DNA from: a virus
Taxonomy: Duplodnaviria > Caudoviricetes
Length of the DNA stretch: 64,000 nt
Strand: one strand, 5' to 3'
Virus record (IMG/VR): IMGVR_UViG_3300031993_000068
Span: 3,568 to 67,567 of that record
Of the stretch, positions 25,378 to 32,149 are shown piece by piece. A program made the position numbers and the translations under genes. How positions within the stretch are numbered: the first letter of the stretch is position 1; every line of letters begins with the position of its first letter. A model generated the notes under the pieces. The model had not been told where the DNA came from and did not search any database. It saw nothing but the letters and a program-made list of their open reading frames with translations.

Positions 25378-25683
25378 ATGATAGATGACAAGAGCATCAA
25401 GGGCATGACCCCAACGCGCTTCATCACGAACTTACACGATTGCGCCAAGTGGTTGGAGATATTCAACGCGGCGGGAAAGGATGTGTTCGGTGATGACTAC
25501 GATATGGCCGCTATCCTCGTTGGTGTGGCCGTAGCCGCCTTCGGCATCCCCGCAAATGAGTTCATGGACAAGATTGAGGAGATAGCCGCAGAGCATAACA
25601 AGGAAAGACACGAAACCACCGATGAACTGATAAAGAAATTCGGTATCAAACTCGAAGGGAAAGATGACACTCCAGCAAGTTAG
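25378..25683 (+). CDS. Hypothetical protein
   Basis: 101 aa from ATG 25378. Confidence 0.6.
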   Translation: MIDDKSIKGMTPTRFITNLHDCAKWLEIFNAAGKDVFGDDYDMAAILVGVAVAAFGIPANEFMDKIEEIAAEHNKERHETTDELIKKFGIKLEGKDDTPAS

Positions 25684-26587
25684 CCGTGTGGTTTTCTATG
25701 AAGAACCGCACCGATACATACTCGACAAGACCAAGGAACTGCAAGGGATAACCGCGATTTTGAAGAAGCACGGACTTTCCGCAGACTATTCGGGCATTGA
25801 CGAGGTAACTCTCAAACACGCCGCCGACCTCGGAACACAGGCACACAAGGCTATCGAAGCCTACTGCGATGGTCTGCCCGTTGCCGATACGCCACTTTTA
25901 AAGTCCTTTCGCAAACTCGGCTTGAACATCATCGCCACGGAGTACATGGTGACGGATTTCGAGACCGTTGCATCGCAGATTGACTTGGTGGCGCAAGTGG
26001 ATGACAACACCGTGGACTTGATTGACATGAAGCGCACATCCTCGGTACACAAGGAGGCTTTGGCGTGGCAGTTAGGATGCTACAAGTACCTTTTCGGCTT
26101 GCTCAATCCGAAGGTCAAGGTACGCAACTGTTACTGCCTCCCCATCAAGAAGGGCAACACCGATGACATCGCCAAAGACAAGTGTGGCGTGTTGGTCGAG
26201 ATTGACCCCGTATCCGAGTGGGATGTCCGTGCGCTGATTGACTGCGAAAGGCTCGGTGTCAAGTTCGAGAAGAAAACCGAGGACGATCCAACCACCGCAC
26301 TCGCCGAAACCTTCGTGGCAGGACACTACCCCGCCCTTATCTCCTCCCTCCGCAAGATGAAGGAACTTGAAAGGGCGATAGACGAGGCCAAGGCGGGACT
26401 CATGGACTTTATGACGGAACACAACATCGAAAAACTTGACCTCGAAGATGTCACCGTCACGGTCAAGAAACCTTATTTCAGTTCGCGTTTCGACACAAAG
26501 GCGTTCCGAAAGGACTACCCAGAGTTGGGCGAGAAATACACGCAACAGACCGAAGTTGCAGGAAGTATCACAATCAAACTCAAATAG
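25664..26587 (+). CDS. PD-(D/E)XK exonuclease-like protein
   Basis: AADLGTQAH..IE, ASQIDL, LIDMKRT, WQLGCY; next to ERF. Confidence 0.8.
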   Translation: MTLQQVSRVVFYEEPHRYILDKTKELQGITAILKKHGLSADYSGIDEVTLKHAADLGTQAHKAIEAYCDGLPVADTPLLKSFRKLGLNIIATEYMVTDFETVASQIDLVAQVDDNTVDLIDMKRTSSVHKEALAWQLGCYKYLFGLLNPKVKVRNCYCLPIKKGNTDDIAKDKCGVLVEIDPVSEWDVRALIDCERLGVKFEKKTEDDPTTALAETFVAGHYPALISSLRKMKELERAIDEAKAGLMDFMTEHNIEKLDLEDVTVTVKKPYFSSRFDTKAFRKDYPELGEKYTQQTEVAGSITIKLK

Positions 26588-26591
26588 CATT

Positions 26592-26912
26592 ATGGCTTAC
26601 GAACAAAACCCTAATTCCGGCTCTCTCTTCCGCAACGAGAAGAAGAACGCACCCAATCAGCCCGACTACGAGGGCAACGCACTCATCGGTGGCAAGACCT
26701 ACCGCATCGCCGCTTGGATAAAGGATGCCAAGAGTGGACGCAAGTATCTTAGCCTCGCCTTCAACGAGCCTCTGCCTCCGCAGGGTGGTGGCTACGCGCC
26801 CCAGGGCGGTTACGCGCCCCAACCGCAGTACAATCCCCGTGGGATGCAGCAGACGGGAGTGATGCCCGCCGCGCCCGTCGGAGGTGATATGCCCGACGAT
26901 CTCGGATTCTGA
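26592..26912 (+). CDS. Phage ssDNA-binding protein-like
   Basis: GSLFRN.KK..NQPDYEG, IAAW.K, G/P/Q-rich linker, acidic DMPDDLGF tail. Confidence 0.7.
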   Translation: MAYEQNPNSGSLFRNEKKNAPNQPDYEGNALIGGKTYRIAAWIKDAKSGRKYLSLAFNEPLPPQGGGYAPQGGYAPQPQYNPRGMQQTGVMPAAPVGGDMPDDLGF

Positions 26913-26916
26913 TGTC

Positions 26917-27315
26917 ATGGACTTCCACCTAAGTAACACTACCGAAAGGGAGGTATTCTGCGAGTATCTGCGATGCCTCCCCGAAGGTAAGTCCTACGAT
27001 GTAAGCATACGGCTACACCGTGCAAAGCGAAGCAACGATGCCAATGCGTTGTACTGGAAATGGATAGGCATCATAGCCTCCGAAACGGGAAATGACCGCG
27101 AGGTCTGCCACAAGTTCTTCGCCAAGAAGTTCCTCGGCTATGATGTCCGCGAGTTCGGTAGCGAAAAGATTGCCGTGGTGAAATCCACCGCCAACTTGGA
27201 TACCGCACAGTTCTCGGACTACATGAACCAAGTGTCAGCCTTCGCATCGCAGGAACTCGGCATCGTGCTTCCGTCCCCCGATGACCAACTTTATTCAATG
27301 ATGAACCATGAATGA
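26917..27315 (+). CDS. ninB: NinB/Orf-like recombination protein
   Basis: KRSNDANALYWKW..IIA, KSTANL.TAQFSDYM.QV..FA..ELGI.LP.P. Confidence 0.75.
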   Translation: MDFHLSNTTEREVFCEYLRCLPEGKSYDVSIRLHRAKRSNDANALYWKWIGIIASETGNDREVCHKFFAKKFLGYDVREFGSEKIAVVKSTANLDTAQFSDYMNQVSAFASQELGIVLPSPDDQLYSMMNHE

Positions 27316-27655
27316 AACCGACATCATCCTCGCCCTGGAGTCAAGATGGGTGAGCCGCGAAGAACTCTGCACCATGCTCGGTACGAATGACCGCGCAGTC
27401 CGCGCCTTCATAGAGGACTTGAACATACGGCTCAAATCCCACGGCAAATGCGTACTCTCCACATCAAGCAAAAAGGGCTACCATGTAGGCAACCCTTGTT
27501 CGGACGAAGATGTGGCACTCGCCAATGCTATCCTTGAAGAACTCAAGAGCAAGGCAATCAGCATCTTCGAGCGCAGACAGTCGATTGAGAACTTCATCAA
27601 GTTCTCGGAGTCCGCGAAAGCCTCGGAAAGCGACATCCAACTGTCGCTCTTCTAA
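27308..27655 (+). CDS. wHTH-like hypothetical protein
   Basis: VSREELCTMLGTNDRAVRAFIE; ends QLSLF (clamp-binding-like). Confidence 0.6.
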   Translation: MNETDIILALESRWVSREELCTMLGTNDRAVRAFIEDLNIRLKSHGKCVLSTSSKKGYHVGNPCSDEDVALANAILEELKSKAISIFERRQSIENFIKFSESAKASESDIQLSLF

Positions 27656-27729
27656 GCCGCGATTAAGCCTTTTCTCATAGCGTTTTAGCATCACTAAGTT
27701 ACAAATTTTCACACTAAAATCAAAAGGTT

Positions 27730-28485
27730 ATGAGAAAAATCTTTACCGCGATTTTCGCACTCCTCGCACTTTGCTCGTGCAACAATGACAACCCCGACCT
27801 CGACATTCCCACGAAGTACCAAAGGGTGACAATCAACATCAACGGCACACGAAGCGGTGCTATCACCAAAGCCACCGATGCCGAGGTGCAGACGGCACTC
27901 GCACAAGTGACGCTCACGCAACCGATGTCCCTTCGATTGACCTCCAAGAAAACGGGGACGGCCTATGCGGTCACGGTCGGCGAGGCGGTTGACCTTCCCG
28001 TTGGCGAGTATTCCGTGTTCGGCGAGTATGCGCCACCGCTTATCAAGGAAGCCTATGCCGCGTTCCTGTTCTCCGAGCCGTGCTTCTATGTCGAGCAGGA
28101 CTTGACCATCACCGAGGACGCTTCGCAATACACCGTGGATGCGATTTACTTGTGCATCGCCGTGGCGTTCGACATGACCGTCACAAGCAAGGTCGAGCAT
28201 CGCACCGACACGAGGGTATATGAGGAGTTGGAATTGGAGGGTGACTTGCCTATCGTGTTTGCCCGTTGCACGATGTTCAACGCAAGTAACACCTATCATG
28301 TCAAGACCTACTCCACGAATCCGTTGTTCACCGAGCCTACGGATTATGAGTTGAATTGGATGGACAGCGGGACGGGCCTCCATGTGCAGGACGGCTATTG
28401 GTACTTGCTGACACCCGACATTCCGACCACCACCTCCGGCACACTGTCGGTCAACTTGACCGCGTGGGGCAAGGGGGAAAGGTAG
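27730..28485 (+). CDS. Lipoprotein (fimbrillin-like)
   Basis: Signal peptide with LALCSC lipobox; ITKATD, beta-rich. Confidence 0.75.
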   Translation: MRKIFTAIFALLALCSCNNDNPDLDIPTKYQRVTININGTRSGAITKATDAEVQTALAQVTLTQPMSLRLTSKKTGTAYAVTVGEAVDLPVGEYSVFGEYAPPLIKEAYAAFLFSEPCFYVEQDLTITEDASQYTVDAIYLCIAVAFDMTVTSKVEHRTDTRVYEELELEGDLPIVFARCTMFNASNTYHVKTYSTNPLFTEPTDYELNWMDSGTGLHVQDGYWYLLTPDIPTTTSGTLSVNLTAWGKGER

Positions 28486-28493
28486 AAATCACC

Positions 28494-28539
28494 GAGGGGC
28501 GAAAGACGGCAACGGCAGTTCGACTCTGCCCGCCCCTCC
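28494..28539 (+). ncRNA. Minimal tRNA-like element (acceptor stem + T-arm only)
   Basis: GAGGGGCG/CGCCCCTC 8-bp stem; GGCAG-TTCGACT-CTGCC; 12-nt linker. Confidence 0.55.
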
Positions 28540-28564
28540 GACTTACTTTTAACACTATTCAATT

Positions 28565-29263
28565 ATGGCAAGAACAACGACTCCATTACAGGACGAGATA
28601 GCGCAGTTCCTTTCGGAGCATCCGCTATCGTCTGCCAAAGATGTCTGCGAGGGCATCGGCACTTACCCAGGCAGAGGGAAATCAACCATCAGCGTGGCCC
28701 TTCTCAAGATGTATCAAAATAGGAGGGCAACAAGAGAGCAAGATGAGGAAGGCGTTTATCGTTATGTCCTCAAGGCATCCCATCCACAAAACGAACTGAT
28801 TGACGCAGAGAAAGACCTTGGCATTGAGCATCAGATAGAGAATGATTCTCGGAATCGCGCAATAGAGGTCGCAAACGGATTCTTTCGCCTTCGGCACTTA
28901 ATGGATGGGATTCTTAGTTATATCGCGTCACATCCCAATAGTTCAGCAGAGGAAATTGCCAAGGCCCTCAATTTCGACTATTACGATGTAGGTGGGGCTT
29001 TGATTTATGCGTGGTCTCCAGACAAAATAGTCGGATTGGATCGCGCCGTTGACGAAGAAGGCGTACTGCGATACACATATACTCCTTGCGCCCCCACCAC
29101 GGAGGAAACAAGAAAATTGGTCAAGGTCAAGACCCTTGATGACTTTACTCCGCGAGAGATGTTCGCACATCTCAAAAATCTTGGATACAAGTGGAGCGCA
29201 AAGGCTCTCTACCATGAGAAAGTAACCGTTGAGCGCAACTTCGTTGACTTTGATAAGATATGA
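28565..29263 (+). CDS. Protein with two repeated wHTH domains
   Basis: Internal repeat REQDEEGVYRY / RAVDEEGVLRY. Confidence 0.65.
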   Translation: MARTTTPLQDEIAQFLSEHPLSSAKDVCEGIGTYPGRGKSTISVALLKMYQNRRATREQDEEGVYRYVLKASHPQNELIDAEKDLGIEHQIENDSRNRAIEVANGFFRLRHLMDGILSYIASHPNSSAEEIAKALNFDYYDVGGALIYAWSPDKIVGLDRAVDEEGVLRYTYTPCAPTTEETRKLVKVKTLDDFTPREMFAHLKNLGYKWSAKALYHEKVTVERNFVDFDKI

Positions 29264-29616
29264 GTAAGACCTTAGCCAATGCAACCATAGAGGAACTTGC
29301 CAAGGAACTTCTTGCCAAAGTCAAAAGCGAAATTATCTCCGAACTTCATCATGAGATAGAGGAGGAGTTTAGGCGACAGTTTGACTCGCACGATGTGCCT
29401 GACAAGTTTCTTACGCGACAGGAGGTCGCGGACGCTTTGGGTGTTAGTCTGCCAACCGTACATTCAATGATGAATAAGGGTAAGATTCCCTTCGTCAAGA
29501 TAGGCGCATCTACGCGAATACCCAAAAGTCAGTTTGACGAAGCTCTAAAAAAAGGACTTCGGAGATACCAACACAAACATAGACCGAGAAGAACTGATAA
29601 CATCAATAACATTTAA
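29260..29616 (+). CDS. Excisionase-like HTH_17 protein
   Basis: FLTRQEVADALGVSLPTVHSMMNKGKIP.VKIG.STRI. Confidence 0.85.
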   Translation: MSKTLANATIEELAKELLAKVKSEIISELHHEIEEEFRRQFDSHDVPDKFLTRQEVADALGVSLPTVHSMMNKGKIPFVKIGASTRIPKSQFDEALKKGLRRYQHKHRPRRTDNINNI

Positions 29617-29620
29617 GACA

Positions 29621-29788
29621 ATGGCAACCAAGAAACAACCCACAATTTTCCTCGCAAAGTTCAACCGTAGAAACGGCACGAGCATCGAAGAGGTCACGGT
29701 CAAGTGCAAGAAGGTCGGCGGCAAGTATGTCGCACTTGACGGAAACACATTCATCCCCGAATGGGCGAAGATAACACTCCCGTCATAA
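29621..29788 (+). CDS. Hypothetical protein (55 aa)
   Basis: Hand-translated MATKKQPTIFLAKF...; TAATG coupling to next ORF. Confidence 0.55.
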   Translation: MATKKQPTIFLAKFNRRNGTSIEEVTVKCKKVGGKYVALDGNTFIPEWAKITLPS

Positions 29789-30057
29789 TGGCCGAGTTCA
29801 TCATCATACAGTATTTCGTCACCGCGCTCGGCATCACATCGGCGCAGAAAGAGTACGCGATAGTCACCGCCAAGACCCTTCCCAACGGTGGGGTCAAGGC
29901 GGTTGTCAAGAACATCCCAAGAGAGGATGCGCTTGAGTACATCGAGGAAAAGAAACTCGTCCTTGCGATGGGGAGCAAGCACGGAAGGGTGTACGATACC
30001 CAAGACAAGAAGTTCCTCGCAAAGTACGGTGGGCGAATAGAGATACCAAGGATTTAA
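29788..30057 (+). CDS. Hypothetical protein
   Basis: 89 aa from the coupled ATG at 29788. Confidence 0.6.
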   Translation: MAEFIIIQYFVTALGITSAQKEYAIVTAKTLPNGGVKAVVKNIPREDALEYIEEKKLVLAMGSKHGRVYDTQDKKFLAKYGGRIEIPRI

Positions 30058-30100
30058 TCATTCACTTTTTAATATCAACTTTTCAAAAACACTAATTATC

Positions 30101-30721
30101 ATGGCAGCAAAGAAGAAGGCAGAGGAGGCCAATCTCCTCACCCAGATGGAAATTCGTACCATCACTTTCCGTATTGAGGGCGTTGCACCTCTTATCGTCA
30201 ACTGTTTCGGCCACGGTGTCGAAGTCCTGGAGGAAGTCACCGATGCAAAGGAAAAGGGACTCAAGAAGGCAGGAAAGGTGAAGCTGACTCCCGAAGAGGA
30301 GTACGCCAAGACCCTCTACTACCTTTCCGATGGTGTCCGCACCGGCTTCCCCGCAGTTGGATTCAAGTCCGCTATGGTTCGCGCAGGAAAGACTTGTGGC
30401 GAAGTCATGGTTGACCTCCGCACCAAGTTCCACGTTATCGCTGACGATCTCGACACGGGACTCATCGAAATCCACGGAGAGCCGAGGATGCGTTGCGATG
30501 TGGTGAAGGTCGGTGGCATCAGCAAGACCTCTTCCCCTCGTTATCGTGCCGAGTATCCTACTTGGTGGGCGAACATCACCATCCACTACCTTGAGGGCAT
30601 CATCACTCCCGAAAAGTTGCTCATGCTCCTCAATACCGCAGGGTTCACTTGTGGCGTTGGCGAGTGGAGGCCGGAGAAGTGCAACAGTGGCTCGTTCGGA
30701 CTCTTCCGCGTGGTCGGTTAG
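30101..30721 (+). CDS. Stand-alone RAMP/Cas7-like RNA-binding protein (Vipr-like candidate)
   Basis: 206 aa; beta1-like ITFRIEGVAPLIV; FPAVGFKSAM; terminal Gly-rich loop GFTCGVGEWRPEKCNSGSFGLFRV; abuts the pentamer array. Confidence 0.75.
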   Translation: MAAKKKAEEANLLTQMEIRTITFRIEGVAPLIVNCFGHGVEVLEEVTDAKEKGLKKAGKVKLTPEEEYAKTLYYLSDGVRTGFPAVGFKSAMVRAGKTCGEVMVDLRTKFHVIADDLDTGLIEIHGEPRMRCDVVKVGGISKTSSPRYRAEYPTWWANITIHYLEGIITPEKLLMLLNTAGFTCGVGEWRPEKCNSGSFGLFRVVG

Positions 30722-30725
30722 TCAC

Positions 30726-31263
30726 GGCAGGAGGGGTTAGGCGCGTCGAGTTTAGGTATTGCTCGGCTCGTCACGCCTCGGTGCGGTTGGGGTCAGTTTA
30801 GTTTAGGTTAGGCTCGTCACGGTGCGTTCCGGCGGAGTCCGGCTTGGCAGGATTGGTAGGGTCTGGTGGGGCAAGGTATGGCTCGGTCAGTTAGGCTTCG
30901 GCTCGGTTAGGCGCGGCAGGAGAGGTAAGGCCCGTTACGGAGGGGTTTGGTCAGTTTCGTCCCGGCAAGGTGAGGTAGGGTTAGGCAGGACAGGCGAGGT
31001 ATGGTATGCTTAGGCTTGGCTTGTTGTGGTGTGGCGAGGTGGGGCAGGATTGGCACGGATAGGCTCGGTCAGTTCGGGTGAGTTTTGGCGTGATGCGTTG
31101 TGGCACGGCAAGGTGCGGTAAACTTCGGCAGGATCGGCATGGTTCGCTTCGTTTGGCTTCGATAGGGTTACGCACGGCGTGGTACGGCGAGGCTCGGCAT
31201 GGCAGGAATGGCTTGGTCTGTCCCGGAGAGGCACGGTTAGGTATCGCTTGTCAGGGCATGGCA
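30726..31263 (+). repeat. GGY-NN pentamer array, 7 units delimited by GGCA|GGA (putative guide-RNA array)
   Basis: GGCAGGA at 30726, 30846, 30915, 30984, 31043, 31127, 31201 and terminal GGCA at 31260; 101 pentamers (61 GGY, 18 GTY, 10 GGA, 12 other). Confidence 0.95.
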
Positions 31264-31287
31264 CGTTTTATTTAATCTTCAATCAAT

Positions 31288-31758
31288 ATGTATAAGTACG
31301 CAGTAGATAGACTTTACAAAGTCCCCGCAGAAGCGGCGGGAAAGGAACTTGAGAGAATACGAATCAAGTACGGCACTCTCAAGCCGAAAAACGTGGTAGA
31401 GGAATCCAAAGACGAATCCTCGGTGCTTCATTCCATCTTCCAATGGGATAACGAAAAGGCCGCAGATGCTTGGCGCATAAGGCAAGCACAAGACCTTATC
31501 CGAAATGTTATCGTCACCGTCAACAAACAAGAGGTCAAGTGTAATGTCCGCGCCTATGTCAATGTCGCAGACAGTCCGTTCAACCTCGCATCATACGTCC
31601 CCATAGACGAAGCACTCCGAAACGAGTACACGCGCAAGCAACTCCTTGACGATGCCAAGCACGATATGGAGAGCTTCGTTGCCAAGTATCGGACTCTTGA
31701 CGAACTCGGAGGCATTGTCAGTCAAATGGAACTGTTCTTAGGCGATGACAAACTTTGA
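31288..31758 (+). CDS. Putative accessory protein downstream of the array
   Basis: 156 aa; LHSIFQWDNEKAADAWRIRQAQDLIR motif; 24 nt after the array. Confidence 0.7.
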   Translation: MYKYAVDRLYKVPAEAAGKELERIRIKYGTLKPKNVVEESKDESSVLHSIFQWDNEKAADAWRIRQAQDLIRNVIVTVNKQEVKCNVRAYVNVADSPFNLASYVPIDEALRNEYTRKQLLDDAKHDMESFVAKYRTLDELGGIVSQMELFLGDDKL

Positions 31759-32149
31759 GAAATTCATCATGTACGGTCTCGCGGCTATCAATGCCGAGCA
31801 GAACGGACTTGCAGTTGGCGAGGTCTTGTCGAAGTGGTTGGAGGGTATGGAGACAATCTGGCCCTCCACCGCCAAGACAAAGAAAGGCGAGGATGCGGAT
31901 GTTCTTGAGATATACGATGAATATCCGTCACGCGACCCCAACAACGGCAATCGTCCCACCGGCAAGGGACAACGCGACAAGTCCACCATCAAGCGACTCC
32001 TTGACGATGGCAAGTACACAAAGGACGAACTGTTGCAGATAATACGGCAGGAAGTCAAGACAAGAACCGAAACGGGAGCGTTCCTAAGAAACTTCTCAAC
32101 GCTCCTGAATAACCTCCCCGACATCGAGGACGAAGACCTCTTTGAATAA
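31745..32149 (+). CDS. Replication-associated protein (initiator C-terminal-like / loader candidate)
   Basis: EIYDEYPSRD and FLRNFSTLLNNLPD; coupled to the primase-helicase. Confidence 0.6.
   Translation: MTNFEKFIMYGLAAINAEQNGLAVGEVLSKWLEGMETIWPSTAKTKKGEDADVLEIYDEYPSRDPNNGNRPTGKGQRDKSTIKRLLDDGKYTKDELLQIIRQEVKTRTETGAFLRNFSTLLNNLPDIEDEDLFE

Noticed and set aside
30915-31126. Specific target assignments for units 3, 4 and 5
   Set aside because: Both orientations give plausible peptides. The KPVGLS vs integrase KAVGLS similarity covers only half of unit 3.
30846-31259. Perfect self-targets of the guides within this window
   Set aside because: Spot checks found only partial matches (18/24, 19/28). 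An exhaustive gapped search was not possible by hand, so self-targeting is neither shown nor excluded.
30726-31263. Canonical CRISPR array or simple microsatellite
   Set aside because: No 25-40-nt identical repeats with contiguous spacers, and no cas1/cas2. The variable dinucleotides and regular delimiters are too structured for a slippage satellite.
30822-31275. ORFs called across the array (30822-31013, 30981-31175, 31010-31264, 31078-31275)
   Set aside because: Gly/Arg- or Pro-rich by-products of the 5-nt periodicity; period 5 is incompatible with codon structure.
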